From Candidatus Latescibacterota bacterium (GTDB taxonomy: Bacteria > Latescibacterota > UBA2968 > UBA8231): DNA of 64,000 nucleotides. Shown here piece after piece: positions 49,736-59,652 of the stretch. The notes under the pieces are model-generated. The model did no database searches and was not told where the DNA came from. It saw nothing but the letters and a program-made list of their open reading frames with translations. How positions within the stretch are numbered: the stretch's first letter is position 1; every line of letters begins with the position of its first letter. Made by a program: the position numbers and the translations under genes. Location: NCBI GenBank assembly GCA_964291625.2, contig OZ220089.1:2496001-2560000 (forward strand), in the 5' to 3' direction.

Positions 49736-50481
49736 TGAGCGACGCCACGATCACCCTCTCCGTCACGCGCTACAACCCCGAGGCCGACGAGAAGCCCTCG
49801 GCACAGGACTACCAGATCCCCTATCGGGAAGACTGGGTTCTCCTCGATGCTCTCAACCACATCAAGGACGAGGTCGACGAGTCCTTGTCCTACCGCTGGT
49901 CGTGCCGCATGGGCGTGTGCGGCAGTTGCGGAATGATGGTCAACGGAGAACCCAAGCTCACTTGTGCCACCTTCCTGCGCGACTACTATCCCGACCCGGT
50001 CCGCGTGGAGCCCCTGGCCAACTTCGGGATCATCCGCGATCTGGTGATCGACATGGCCGACTTCATGGACAAGCTGAAGGCCGTCAAGCCATGGATCGTG
50101 CGCGACGAGGAGAAGCCGGTCAGCGAGGGCGAGTACCTGCAGTCGCCGGCGGAACTCAAGGAGTTCAAGCAGTTCAGCATGTGCATCAACTGCATGCTCT
50201 GCTATTCGGCCTGCCCTGTCTATGGACGGGAGCAGGAGTTCATCGGCCCGGCAGCGTTGGCCCTGGGCCATCGCTACAACCTGGACAGCCGTGATCAGGG
50301 CAACGACGAGCGTGCCGAGGTCGTTGCCTCGAGCCAGGGTATCTGGGAGTGCACCTTCGTCGGCGAGTGCTCGGAGGTCTGTCCGAAGGATGTCGATCCC
50401 GCCGCGGCGATTCAGCGTACGAAGGTGGCCGCCACCCAGCAGTGGTTCAAGTCGATTCTCATGCCCTTCGGAGGCAAGTGA
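49735..50481 (+). CDS. frdB: Fumarate reductase iron-sulfur subunit
   Basis: [10 protein letters not shown] (2Fe-2S), [12 protein letters not shown] (4Fe-4S), [12 protein letters not shown] (3Fe-4S), DPAAAIQ. Confidence 0.92.
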   Translation: MSDATITLSVTRYNPEADEKPSAQDYQIPYREDWVLLDALNHIKDEVDESLSYRWSCRMGVCGSCGMMVNGEPKLTCATFLRDYYPDPVRVEPLANFGIIRDLVIDMADFMDKLKAVKPWIVRDEEKPVSEGEYLQSPAELKEFKQFSMCINCMLCYSACPVYGREQEFIGPAALALGHRYNLDSRDQGNDERAEVVASSQGIWECTFVGECSEVCPKDVDPAAAIQRTKVAATQQWFKSILMPFGGK

Positions 50482-50876
50482 AGGGGACGAATGTGAAGGT
50501 CTATCGGCCCGAGATGTCGGCCACGTGGTGGCTGAAGTCGAGGAGCTATTTCCTGTTCATGATGCGCGAGTTGTCGAGCGTCTTCATCGCTCTCTTCGTG
50601 CTGGTCTACCTCTACGAGCTCTTCCAGTTGTCCAGGGGGCCGGAGGCCTACGGGAACCTGCGGGAGTCGCTGAGCCGGCCGGGCGCCGTGGCGCTCTATG
50701 GCGTCGCCTTTCTCTTTGCCGTCTACCACACGGTGACCTGGTTCCAGGCCGCTTCCAGAATCCAGGTCGTGCGACTGGGCGCCTGGACCATGCCGGGGTG
50801 GATCATGCTGGCGGGCGCCCTCGGCGCCTGGGTCGTGATCTCCGCAGCCGTGGCGGCGTACTTCCTCGGAGCGTGA
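50478..50876 (+). CDS. frdC: Fumarate reductase membrane anchor subunit C
   Basis: Y...M..TWW.K...[17 protein letters not shown]; 3 TM; start 50478 or 50493. Confidence 0.88.
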   Translation: MKGTNVKVYRPEMSATWWLKSRSYFLFMMRELSSVFIALFVLVYLYELFQLSRGPEAYGNLRESLSRPGAVALYGVAFLFAVYHTVTWFQAASRIQVVRLGAWTMPGWIMLAGALGAWVVISAAVAAYFLGA

Positions 50877-50886
50877 ACGGCTCGGC

Positions 50887-51246
50887 GTGAATTACAGGAA
50901 AGACACCAAGGAGCCCTTCTGGTGGGGGATGTTCTCGGCCGGCGGCGTCGTGGCCGCCCTGCTGGTGCCGATCCATATCCTGCTGGACGGCCTGGCAGTC
51001 CCTTTGGCCTGGATCGACCCAGGGGACGTTGCCTACGGGCGCATGCAGGCCTTGACCGGCTCGCCCCTTGTCAGGGTCTATCTCTTCGTCCTGCTGGCCA
51101 TGCCCCTGTTTCACGCCGCTCACCGTATTCGCTTCACCCTTTACGAGTTCGGGATCCGCGCCCACATGCCGGTGGCCGTTCTCTGCTACGGGGTGGCGCT
51201 GGCAGGCACCGCCGCCTCGGCCTGGCTGCTGGTGGTCTTGCTGTGA
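50887..51246 (+). CDS. frdD: Fumarate reductase membrane anchor subunit D
   Basis: EP.WWGMFSAGG...ALL.P, PLFHAAHRI, CYG; 3 TM. Confidence 0.9.
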   Translation: MNYRKDTKEPFWWGMFSAGGVVAALLVPIHILLDGLAVPLAWIDPGDVAYGRMQALTGSPLVRVYLFVLLAMPLFHAAHRIRFTLYEFGIRAHMPVAVLCYGVALAGTAASAWLLVVLL

Positions 51247-51369
51247 GCCGCCCTCCGTCGGAGGGCCCGGCCTCATCCCGAAGATCCTGAACAACCCGGA
51301 GGGGCGAGACTCGCCGCCAGGCCCTCTTGGCCCCGGCCAGGCAACGCCTCTCCTGGAGAGTGCGGGAAC

Positions 51370-52524
51370 ATGAAAATCCACGAATTCCAGGCCAAGGAGT
51401 TGCTGCGGCGACACGGTGTGCCCGTGCCTGATGGCGGCGTGGCCCACAGTCTCGACGAAGCCGAAGCCGTGGCCCGGGAGTTGGGCGGGCCCGTCGTTGT
51501 GAAGGCCCAGATCCACGCCGGCGGGAGGGGGAAGGGCGGCGGCATCAAGCTCGCCGAATCGGCCGCAGATGCACGGAGGGCCGCCGGGCAGATCCTCGGC
51601 ATGCAGCTGGTGACCCATCAGACCGGCCCCGAGGGACGGAAGGTGAAGCAGGTCCTGGTGGAGAGGGCAAGCACCATCGATCAGGAGTTGTACCTCGGCA
51701 TCACCCTCGACCGGGCCCAGGGGCGCGACGTCGTCATGGCCAGCCAGGAGGGGGGCGTGGAGATCGAAGATGTGGCATCCGCAAACCCCGGGGCGATCCT
51801 GCGCGAGACCGTGCACCCGGGTCTTGGCCTGTTGCCCTTCCAGGCGAACCGGCTGGCATTCGGCCTCGGTTTCGAGGGTGCCCTGGCTCGCTCCGTGGCC
51901 GGACTGCTGATCAAGCTCTACGAGGCGTACCGTTCGGCCTCGTGCTCCATCGCCGAGATCAACCCCCTCGTCGTCACCGACGGCCGGGTGCTGGCCCTCG
52001 ACGCGAAGATCAACTTCGACGACAACGCGGTGCTGTGGCGCAAGGACCATGCCGAGCTGCGGGACCTGGACGAGGAAGACCCTCTGGAGGTCGAAGCCTC
52101 CAGGCACGGCCTCAGCTACATCCGACTCGACGGGGACATCGGCTGCATGGTGAACGGCGCGGGCTTGGCCATGGCGACGATGGACATCATCAAGCTCGCC
52201 GGTGGAGAGCCCGCCAACTTCCTCGACATCGGGGGCGGGGCCAGCGCCGAGACGGTGGAGAACGGGTTCCGCATCCTGCTGGCCGATACGAAGGTCAAGG
52301 CGATACTCATCAACATCTTCGGTGGCATCGTGCGTTGCGACCGCGTCGCCCAGGGGGTGATCCAGGCCCAGGAAAACGTCGCCGTGCAGGTTCCGGTGGT
52401 CGTTCGTCTGGCCGGGACGAACGCCGAGGTGGCCGCGGAAATGCTCAACGACTCGGCGCTCGACTTCACCGTGGGCACCGGACTCAAGGACGCGGCCGAG
52501 AAGGCCGTGGCCCTGCTGCCATGA
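51370..52524 (+). CDS. sucC: Succinyl-CoA synthetase beta subunit
   Basis: [55 protein letters not shown]. Confidence 0.97.
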   Translation: MKIHEFQAKELLRRHGVPVPDGGVAHSLDEAEAVARELGGPVVVKAQIHAGGRGKGGGIKLAESAADARRAAGQILGMQLVTHQTGPEGRKVKQVLVERASTIDQELYLGITLDRAQGRDVVMASQEGGVEIEDVASANPGAILRETVHPGLGLLPFQANRLAFGLGFEGALARSVAGLLIKLYEAYRSASCSIAEINPLVVTDGRVLALDAKINFDDNAVLWRKDHAELRDLDEEDPLEVEASRHGLSYIRLDGDIGCMVNGAGLAMATMDIIKLAGGEPANFLDIGGGASAETVENGFRILLADTKVKAILINIFGGIVRCDRVAQGVIQAQENVAVQVPVVVRLAGTNAEVAAEMLNDSALDFTVGTGLKDAAEKAVALLP

Positions 52525-53396
52525 GTATCCTCGTCGACAGAACGACCCGGGTCTTCGTCCAGGGGATTACCGGGTCCGAGGGGTCCTTCCACACCCGGCA
52601 GATGATCGAGTACGGCACCCGCGTCGTGGGCGGATCGACGCCCGGCAAGGGCGGTCAGACCTTCGAGGGCCTGCCCGTGTTCAACACCGTCGCCCAGGGC
52701 GTCGCCGAGACCGGGGCGGACGCCTCCGTCGTCTTTGTGCCCGCCCCCTTCGCCGCCGACGCGATCATGGAGGCGGCCGACGCCGGGATGGCTACCGTCG
52801 CCTGCATCAGCGAGGGCATCCCGGTGGCCGATATGGTGCGCGTGCGCGAATACCTGCGCGACCATCGCGGGACTCGCCTCATCGGCCCGAACTGCCCGGG
52901 CGTGATCACCCCGGGAGAGTGCAAGATCGGGATCATGCCCGGGTCGATCTTCCAAGCAGGAGACGTGGGGGTCGTCTCCCGTTCGGGCACGCTCACCTAC
53001 GAGGCGGTATGGCAGTTGACCGAAGGGGGTCTTGGCCAGTCGACATGCATAGGGATAGGCGGCGACCCGATCATCGGTACCAGCTTTCTGGAGGCCTTCA
53101 AGCTATTCCGCGACGACGAGGGCACCCGGGCCGTGGTCATGATCGGCGAGATCGGGGGCACTGCGGAAGAGGAGGCGGCGCGTTTCGTGCAGCGTCACTT
53201 CGATCGTCCGGTGATCGGCTTCATCGCCGGGCGGACCGCCCCTCCCGGCCGCAGGATGGGTCACGCGGGCGCCATTGTCTCCGGCGGCGAGGGAACCGCC
53301 GAGGACAAGATGAAGGCCATGGAGGCGGCCGGGATCCGCGTGTGCCGAAGCCCGGCCGAGATCGGCGAAACCGTGCACGAAGCGCTGGCGGGCTGA
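52521..53396 (+). CDS. sucD: Succinyl-CoA synthetase alpha subunit
   Basis: [41 protein letters not shown] (phospho-His). Confidence 0.97.
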   Translation: MSILVDRTTRVFVQGITGSEGSFHTRQMIEYGTRVVGGSTPGKGGQTFEGLPVFNTVAQGVAETGADASVVFVPAPFAADAIMEAADAGMATVACISEGIPVADMVRVREYLRDHRGTRLIGPNCPGVITPGECKIGIMPGSIFQAGDVGVVSRSGTLTYEAVWQLTEGGLGQSTCIGIGGDPIIGTSFLEAFKLFRDDEGTRAVVMIGEIGGTAEEEAARFVQRHFDRPVIGFIAGRTAPPGRRMGHAGAIVSGGEGTAEDKMKAMEAAGIRVCRSPAEIGETVHEALAG

Positions 53397-53407
53397 ACCC
53401 GCCGGCC

Positions 53408-53917
53408 TCAGCCCTCTCCCGGCTGCGGCAGAAAGTGCACGCTGCCGGCGTGGCAGGTGGCGCAGTTCAGCTGGCCGCTCCCTGGGAGATCGACCCGGCC
53501 TTCAACCGTCCGGCCCGGCTCTCCTCCCGCGGTCTCTTCCACCATCGTGATGTAGATCCCGGCATCCTCGCCCCGGGGCTCGTGGCGGACGCTGATTCTC
53601 AGCGTCTCGTCCTCTTCCTTCAGCACCAGCTCTCCACCGCCTCGCGCCACCAGGCTGTCGACAAAGGCGCGCTTCATGATTCGGGCGACTTCCTTGTGCT
53701 CCGTCTCGGCCTCGTAGTCGACCCGTCCTTCCGACTTGACGTGGCAGTACAGGCAGCTCCTCACGCCCAGGGCGCGCACCACCTGCTTCATCGCTTTCAC
53801 CGTGCTCGCGCGGTCGGGGCCCCAGATCGTTGCGCCATCCTCCTCTGCCGAGGTCGGCAAGGCAACGATGGAGCAGACCAGCAGGCCGGCCAGGCCCCAC
53901 TTGCTTCCAATACGCAT
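53408..53917 (-). CDS. Secreted dihaem c-type cytochrome (reaction-centre cytochrome PufC-like repeat)
   Basis: Signal peptide; M...V.ALGV.SCLYCH ... K.VAR.M ... LNCATCH.G (two CXXCH). Confidence 0.75.
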   Translation of the reverse strand: MRIGSKWGLAGLLVCSIVALPTSAEEDGATIWGPDRASTVKAMKQVVRALGVRSCLYCHVKSEGRVDYEAETEHKEVARIMKRAFVDSLVARGGGELVLKEEDETLRISVRHEPRGEDAGIYITMVEETAGGEPGRTVEGRVDLPGSGQLNCATCHAGSVHFLPQPGEG

Positions 53918-53988
53918 CACTATCCCCCCGGGCTTCTCATGCCCTCGACCAAGGTAGGATCGGCTGTTCTCGGCGCCAAGACGGGCAA

Positions 53989-54960
53989 TCACCCTTCGGG
54001 CCCGGCCTTGGACGGCATGTCCCGGCCACGGGCCTGAAGGTAGCCGCGGGTCCGGCCCGCCCAGCACAGGTAGTCGTACAGAATGGACGGCCAAGGCGCC
54101 TTCCCCATGCGTTCGGCCGGCCACCGGATACCTTGGTACAGGGGTCCCCAGAGGGCCAGGCGCGGCAACCATCTTCGTGGGTCGAGCAGGCCCCGGGTCA
54201 GGAAGCCGAGCCGCAGGACCGAAGCAAGGTCGGGGTGGGTGTCGACCATCCGGGGCAGCGACTTGCGCCCGTAGGTCTCCATGGCCCGGCATGTGTCGGC
54301 AAGCGGCCTCCAACTGTGATGGAGGGTTCGGGCCCCGGGTAGCGAGTGCACGGGCACTCCATGCAGGTGGAGGCGATACCCGAGTTCGAGGTCTTCGCCG
54401 CCGTAGGCCGACAGTCCCTCATCGAAGCCTCCGAGCGCATGCAGAATCGACAGAGGCACGGAGGAGTTGCCGGTGACGAAGCACTTGAAGGGCACGGGCC
54501 CTGGCTCGAAGCGGGCTACCCCGCGGCTGGCGAAATAGCGGGTGAGAGCGGTGTCCGGAATCTCGGGCCCCCAGCGGATCTGGCCGACGGCGGCGCATCC
54601 CGGGCTCTGCCGGTGGAAGGCATCGTGAGCAGACAGGAATCCGGGCCTGACGGTCATGTCTCCATCGAGAAAGACGACCACTTCCCCCCGGGCTGACTCG
54701 ATTCCGGCGTTGCGTGCCGCTGCCCGGCCGCGGTTTCGCTCGAAATGGATGGAGCGCATCGGCAGAGGCGCGGCGAGTTCCGGGAGTGGAAAGGGGTCGA
54801 AGCCCGGCGAGCCATCGTCGACCACGATGATCTCCGCCATGCCGGCCGCTACATCCTGGGCGGCCAGGGAGCGCAAGGCCGCGGCCAGCAGCTCCGGCGC
54901 GCGGTATGTGGGCAGGACCACGGAGAGCCGGAGACCGCCGAAGGGCTCCGGGGTGGTCAC
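53989..54960 (-). CDS. Glycosyltransferase family 2
   Basis: SVVLPTY, IIVVDDGS, NRGRAAARNAG, FLDGD, GGFDE....GGED.ELGYRL. Confidence 0.9.
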   Translation of the reverse strand: MTTPEPFGGLRLSVVLPTYRAPELLAAALRSLAAQDVAAGMAEIIVVDDGSPGFDPFPLPELAAPLPMRSIHFERNRGRAAARNAGIESARGEVVVFLDGDMTVRPGFLSAHDAFHRQSPGCAAVGQIRWGPEIPDTALTRYFASRGVARFEPGPVPFKCFVTGNSSVPLSILHALGGFDEGLSAYGGEDLELGYRLHLHGVPVHSLPGARTLHHSWRPLADTCRAMETYGRKSLPRMVDTHPDLASVLRLGFLTRGLLDPRRWLPRLALWGPLYQGIRWPAERMGKAPWPSILYDYLCWAGRTRGYLQARGRDMPSKAGPEG

Positions 54961-56078
54961 AGTTGCGCGTACGCCTCCAGCAACCGCGGGGCCTCCCGCT
55001 CCCAGCAGTAGCGCCGGGCGGACCTCGCGGCCGCTTCGCCCAGTTGCCGCCGGCGGGGCTCATCGGTCAGCAACTCGCGCAGGGGGTCGGCGATGGCGTC
55101 CGGATCTGCCGGATCGACGAGGACGCCGGCTCCCGTGTCCTCGATCACGCGGCGGATTTCGGGCGTATCCCCGGCGAGAACGGGCAGTCCGGCCATCAGG
55201 TACTCGAAGAGCTTGTTGGGCATGGACCAGAGAAAGCTGTTCCCCGCCGGCTTGATCACGCACAGGCCCAGATCGGCTCCGCAGGTGAGAGCGTGCAACT
55301 GCGGAAAGGGTCTGCGCGGCAGGAAGTGCACCCGGTCGTGCAGGCCCAGTGACGCCACCTGGCGGCGCAAGCCCCCCTCCATGGGACCGCTGCCGAGCAG
55401 CACGAGTCGCCCCACTCCTATGCGGCTCATGGCGGTGATCTGTTCGGCCAGCCCGTTGTCGGTGAGGAACCCGCCCTGGTACAGGGCCAGCGGCTCGTCA
55501 TCGCCGTCCAGTCCGAGGGCCTGACGGAGGCCGTCGCCGGAGACAGGCTCGCGGAAGGGCGGCAGGTTGCGGACAAGGACCGGCGGAGGCTCCAGGTCAT
55601 AGGTCTGCTGAAGTGTGTCGGCGATGGCTGCGCTGACCGTCAGCACCCGGTCGACGCGCCGGACGAGGCGGCGTTCCAGCCAGCCCCAGAAACCGCGCAC
55701 GGCGGCCCTCCGCACCAAGGAGGATTGCTCGACGAACAACTCGTGGGAGTCATACACCAGGCAGGCCCCACGGCGCCCGGCTGCCCGCGCGGCCGGCCAC
55801 AAGGCGTCGAGATCGTGGGCGTGGTAGACATCCGCGTCCACCTCCCAGGCGAGTCTCGCCGCCCGGTGCCAGAAGACCGGGTATGTCCGCCGCAGGGATT
55901 TCGAGCGATCCACCGGGATTCGGCGGAACTCGAAGTCGTCCCACACCGACGGCAGGCGGCCGCCGAAGTCGGAGGCGACCAGCACGACTTGGTGACCGGC
56001 GGTCCTCAGCGCGTCGGCCTCGCGGAAGACGCGGAAGTCGAATCGCAGGTCCCCGAAGAGGACCATGCACACCCGCAT
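54957..56078 (-). CDS. Glycosyltransferase family 4
   Basis: D.RV.REA.AL...G, YHAHDL, VYDSHE, PNKLFEYLMAGLPV; start 56078 or 56108. Confidence 0.9.
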   Translation of the reverse strand: MRVCMVLFGDLRFDFRVFREADALRTAGHQVVLVASDFGGRLPSVWDDFEFRRIPVDRSKSLRRTYPVFWHRAARLAWEVDADVYHAHDLDALWPAARAAGRRGACLVYDSHELFVEQSSLVRRAAVRGFWGWLERRLVRRVDRVLTVSAAIADTLQQTYDLEPPPVLVRNLPPFREPVSGDGLRQALGLDGDDEPLALYQGGFLTDNGLAEQITAMSRIGVGRLVLLGSGPMEGGLRRQVASLGLHDRVHFLPRRPFPQLHALTCGADLGLCVIKPAGNSFLWSMPNKLFEYLMAGLPVLAGDTPEIRRVIEDTGAGVLVDPADPDAIADPLRELLTDEPRRRQLGEAAARSARRYCWEREAPRLLEAYAQL

Positions 56079-56142
56079 CAGCCTGGCATCCGGTTGTCTT
56101 CGAGGCATGGGGAGCCGCCGGGGCAGGTCCCGGAGGGCGCGG

Positions 56143-56610
56143 TCAGCGAGCGTTCAGGCGGAACTGCCCGTTCTCGATGGCCGCCTCCAGCTCCGCTCGA
56201 AACAGGCTGTCGGTGTGTACCGTGATCTTCCAGCCATCCGGATCTCGCAGGAAATAGTAGAAGGGGCCCTCGCCTTCCGGGACGGTCGACCGATCGAACT
56301 GGAGGTAGGCGACGCGCTCGTTGATGCGTCGTTCCTCCGAGATTTCTCGCCGTGCAACCTCCCGCGCCAACTGACGGCCCTCGTCGCCGGCGATCACCTT
56401 CCGCCAGGCCGCCAAGTCGCCGCCGAGGTCACGCTCCCGGTGGCTCTGGCTCAGGCAGGCCCAGGCCGCATCCCCATCTCCCCGGGACAAGGCATCGCGA
56501 TAGGCGGAAAAGGTGGAAGCGGGACTGGCGAACCGGAGATCCGGCTCCCCGCCACAGGCGAGCAGCAGAGCCAGCCCGAGCCAGCAAAGGGCCGAGGTGC
56601 GCCGACTCAC
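56143..56610 (-). CDS. Hypothetical lipoprotein (NTF2-like pattern)
   Basis: Lipobox LLLAC; SP..TF.AY..AL..GD..AAW, ..DGWKI. Confidence 0.6.
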   Translation of the reverse strand: MSRRTSALCWLGLALLLACGGEPDLRFASPASTFSAYRDALSRGDGDAAWACLSQSHRERDLGGDLAAWRKVIAGDEGRQLAREVARREISEERRINERVAYLQFDRSTVPEGEGPFYYFLRDPDGWKITVHTDSLFRAELEAAIENGQFRLNAR

Positions 56611-56629
56611 CGTCCAGCTCTCCGGAGGC

Positions 56630-57307
56630 TCAGGGCCGGGCGCCCCGGACGCGCTCGATCTCGTCGCGCAGGAGGGCGGCCTTCTCGTAGTCCTCGCGGA
56701 TCACGGCCTGCTGGAGCCGGTGCTGCAGTTCGGCGAGGCGGTTCCGCTCCTTGTCCATGACAGGAGCGGTCCTTGCCTCGGCGGCATCGGCCTGTGCCCG
56801 GTCGCCCAGGATCTGCGGATCGACCTCGTAGAAACGCGACATGGTGCGCTCGGGGTCGGCGCCATCGGGGGCCGAGGAGAGGCTGGCGAGATCGAGCAAC
56901 TCGCGCGTGATGTAGACGGGGGCATCGGTGCGCAACGCCAGGGCCACACCATCGGAAGGCCGGCAATCGAGCTCTCGCAGGCGGCCATCTCGCTCGACCA
57001 CGGTCGACGCAAGGAAGGCCTGGCCCTGAACGGAGTGGATAACCACGCGGCGGACCGGGACTGTCAGCTCCCCGAGAAGCGAGGCGAGCAGGTCGTGGGG
57101 AATCGGCCGCAGAGCCCGGTCGCCACTCAGCTGCATCTGGATCGCCGCGGCCTCGAACTCGCCAACGGCGATCGGCAGCAACCGGGGCTGGGGCGAATCC
57201 TTCTCGCACAGCCACATCAATGGCTGTTCGGCGCGCAGATAGGGGCTGACCTTGAGGACCGTCATCTCGACGAGCACCCTGCGGGGTCTGCTGCGATTCT
57301 CCGTCAT
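56630..57307 (-). CDS. Bifunctional nuclease (DUF151/BFN) domain + UVR domain protein
   Basis: LPIAVGEFEA.AI, RP.PHDLL, LDCRPSD.VALALR..AP.Y; C-terminal L...LQQAVIREDYEKAA.LRDEI; start 57307 or 57358. Confidence 0.88.
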   Translation of the reverse strand: MTENRSRPRRVLVEMTVLKVSPYLRAEQPLMWLCEKDSPQPRLLPIAVGEFEAAAIQMQLSGDRALRPIPHDLLASLLGELTVPVRRVVIHSVQGQAFLASTVVERDGRLRELDCRPSDGVALALRTDAPVYITRELLDLASLSSAPDGADPERTMSRFYEVDPQILGDRAQADAAEARTAPVMDKERNRLAELQHRLQQAVIREDYEKAALLRDEIERVRGARP

Positions 57308-57344
57308 CGATCGAGCCTCGTCGTGTGGTCTCTTCAGATGCCCG

Positions 57345-57923
57345 TCATGGGATTGCATTCAGATGGTCCCGTAAACGCGCCGCCTCCTCGTAGGCCTCTT
57401 CGGCGATGGCCATGCGGAGCCGTTTCTCCAGTTGCTGCTTCTCCGTCATGCCGGGCTCGGAGTCGGCGAGGAGCTCTTCGAGGCTGACCAGGCACTGCGG
57501 CTGGCCGGCGTCCCCCGTCTCGCCGTCGATCGAGGCCTCCCCCTCATCGAGAACACTCTCGTCGGCAAAAATCGGAGCGCCGGTGCGCAACGCAAGGGCG
57601 ATGGCGTCGGACGGGCGCGAGTCGACTACGTGCTCACCCCCCTCGTCGTCGGCGAGGTGGATCTCGGCGTAGTAGATGCCGTCCTGAAGACTGGTGATGG
57701 CCACCTGCCGGATGCTGGCGCCGGCCTCATCCAACAACGACCTGGCCATGTCGTAGCTCAGAGGCCTCGGGGCCTCCTGGCCGCGATGCGCGAGGGAGAT
57801 GGCCCGCGCCTCGGCAGGTCCGATGACGATGTGGAGGTTGCCGACGCCGTCCTTGGCTCGCAGGAGGACGCGCTGGTAGGCCCGGGAGGATACCTGAACC
57901 TGGTGAACTTCCATTTCAACCAT
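57345..57923 (-). CDS. Bifunctional nuclease (DUF151/BFN) domain + UVR domain protein, paralog
   Basis: L.IVIGP.EA.AI, PRPLSYD, GIYYA, VDSRPSDAIALALR..APIF; C-terminal L..AIAEEAYEEAARLRD. Confidence 0.88.
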   Translation of the reverse strand: MVEMEVHQVQVSSRAYQRVLLRAKDGVGNLHIVIGPAEARAISLAHRGQEAPRPLSYDMARSLLDEAGASIRQVAITSLQDGIYYAEIHLADDEGGEHVVDSRPSDAIALALRTGAPIFADESVLDEGEASIDGETGDAGQPQCLVSLEELLADSEPGMTEKQQLEKRLRMAIAEEAYEEAARLRDHLNAIP

Positions 57924-57961
57924 GGTTCAATCTCCGACCTGCATCGTGGGAGGGAGGCGTC

Positions 57962-57991
57962 AATATAGGACGCCCCAAAAAGCACTGTCAA
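57962..57991 (-). promoter_or_regulatory. Sigma70-type promoter for the DUF151-UVR pair and downstream genes
   Basis: TTGACA-N18-TATATT in AT-rich gap. Confidence 0.65.
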
Positions 57992-58015
57992 TTCAAGCGT
58001 AAGTGCCTATGGATA

Positions 58016-58204
58016 TTAGAGATGCGTCGAAGCATCCGGAGGGCGTCGGGGGCCGTCCCCCGTTCTCTCCAGGCGATCCTCCAGCTCCTGCAGACGGCGC
58101 CACAACTCGCGGTCCCTCCGCCCGAGACGGTTCATATAGAAGGCGAGCAGGAGGAAGAAGGCACCGTAGGCCGTGCCCAGGTGGATGAGGCCGGTGGTCT
58201 CCAA
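58016..58204 (-). CDS. ccmD: CcmD-like haem exporter protein
   Basis: Small; AY...F.LL..Y..RL.RR..EL..RL.EL; follows ccmC; SD AAGGAGG. Confidence 0.7.
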   Translation of the reverse strand: METTGLIHLGTAYGAFFLLLAFYMNRLGRRDRELWRRLQELEDRLERTGDGPRRPPDASTHL

Positions 58205-58222
58205 GCGATCCCTCCTTCGTGT

Positions 58223-58945
58223 TCAGCCGGGCCCTGCTTGGCGCAGGAACTGGCGCAGGCGGGCGGCCAGCCGCTCCTGGCTGAGGCGCAGCCGCATGAG
58301 GTGCAGGAACAGGCAGCCGAAGGCGGCGTAGCAGAGATACTTGGTGTGAGACATGGCCGGCCCCAGCTCGATCCCCGGCGGATGGAGCTGCTGTGCCGCG
58401 GACCACATGTGGACGGAGAGGTGCACGAGGGGGACATTGACGAAAGCGACGATGCCGAAGACCGCGGCGAAGCGCTGGCTCCGTTCTCCGGGCTCGGCGT
58501 AGGAGCGCACCATCAGATAGGCGACGTAGGTGGTGAAGGTGATCAGCATCGTGGTCAGCCGGGGTTCCCACCGCCAGAACACCCCCCAGACAGGTTTGGC
58601 CCACAAGGGGCCGCTGACGAGGACGAAGAGGGAGAACATCACCCCCAGTTCGGCGCTGACGCCGGCGAAGCGGTCCCATCGGTCGCGGCGACTGATCAGG
58701 TAGAGAAGGCTGCCGAGAAAGACCAGGAAGTACGCCACCCCGGCGGAGAGGGCGGCGGAGACATGGAAGTAGAAGATGCGCTGCAACCACGGCCAGGCGC
58801 CGCCCATCTGCGGGTTGTTGTCGTCCGGCGCATAGAGGAACACCGCGGCCAAGGCCACCACCATCAGGACGGTGGCGGCCAGGCCGAGGAGCCCGGCGTA
58901 TCGAGGCGAGTGACTCGCGTCCATGGACCGTGCGTCAGGACTCAC
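58223..58945 (-). CDS. ccmC: Haem exporter/cytochrome c biogenesis protein CcmC
   Basis: RIFYFHV, G.LWAKPVWG.FW.WEPRLT (WWD domain), VPLVHLSV, LHP; start 58945 (GTGA overlap) or 58924. Confidence 0.92.
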   Translation of the reverse strand: MSPDARSMDASHSPRYAGLLGLAATVLMVVALAAVFLYAPDDNNPQMGGAWPWLQRIFYFHVSAALSAGVAYFLVFLGSLLYLISRRDRWDRFAGVSAELGVMFSLFVLVSGPLWAKPVWGVFWRWEPRLTTMLITFTTYVAYLMVRSYAEPGERSQRFAAVFGIVAFVNVPLVHLSVHMWSAAQQLHPPGIELGPAMSHTKYLCYAAFGCLFLHLMRLRLSQERLAARLRQFLRQAGPG

Positions 58946-59652
58946 TCTTCGATGACGAAGTCGAAGAGCATCAGAGCAAGGATGGTGAAGACGATGGCGA
59001 ACAGAGCCAGCATGGCGACGTGGACGGTCAGCTCCTCCGGCCACAGCGTTCCGGCCCGACCCGGGGCGACCGAAGCCAGGACCGCGCCGGTGGCCGCCAC
59101 GCAGGAAATCAGCGCCGGGAGGAGGATGGGGAGCAGGAGCAGCGGCAGCAGCAGTTCCCGCAGGCGAGAGTGCCCGGCCATGGCGGCGAACAAGGTGCCC
59201 ACGGATGCAACGCAGGCGGATCCAAGCACGAAGATGACGGCGATCGGCAGCAGGTAGGGGCCCGGGCTGAGGTTAAAGAAGAGGCCGAAGAAGGGCAAGG
59301 TGAGCACCTGCACGCCCAGGAGGAACAGCACGTTTCCTCCCATCTTGGCCAGGTAGAGCGATCTCCGCTCCACCGGCGCCGCGAGCAATGCGTCGAGACA
59401 GCCGTTGCGGGTCTCGTTGACGAAGGTGCGCTGCAGCCCGAAGAGGCTCGTGAAGACGAAACACGACCACAGCACGCCGGGGCCGATTTCCCAAAGGGCC
59501 GCGCCTCCCAGCTCGAAGCTGAAGTTGAAGACCAGCATCACCAGCAGCACGAAGAAGACCATCGGGCTCAGCCGCTCCCTGGTGCGCCACTCGGCGGACA
59601 GGTCCTTGCGCAGCAGGATCCAGGCGTGCCCCACGGTCCCTGGCAGCCTCAC
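58942..59652 (-). CDS. ccmB: Haem exporter protein CcmB
   Basis: KDL..EWR.RE, PGVLW, F..E...G.LD.L, RELLLPLLLLP. Confidence 0.9.
   Translation of the reverse strand: MRLPGTVGHAWILLRKDLSAEWRTRERLSPMVFFVLLVMLVFNFSFELGGAALWEIGPGVLWSCFVFTSLFGLQRTFVNETRNGCLDALLAAPVERRSLYLAKMGGNVLFLLGVQVLTLPFFGLFFNLSPGPYLLPIAVIFVLGSACVASVGTLFAAMAGHSRLRELLLPLLLLPILLPALISCVAATGAVLASVAPGRAGTLWPEELTVHVAMLALFAIVFTILALMLFDFVIEE

Noticed and set aside
57981-58008. CIRCE-like inverted repeat
   Set aside because: Spacer between GCACT and AGTGC is 15 nt rather than the 11 nt in CIRCE, and the flanks match poorly; kept only as a weak operator candidate
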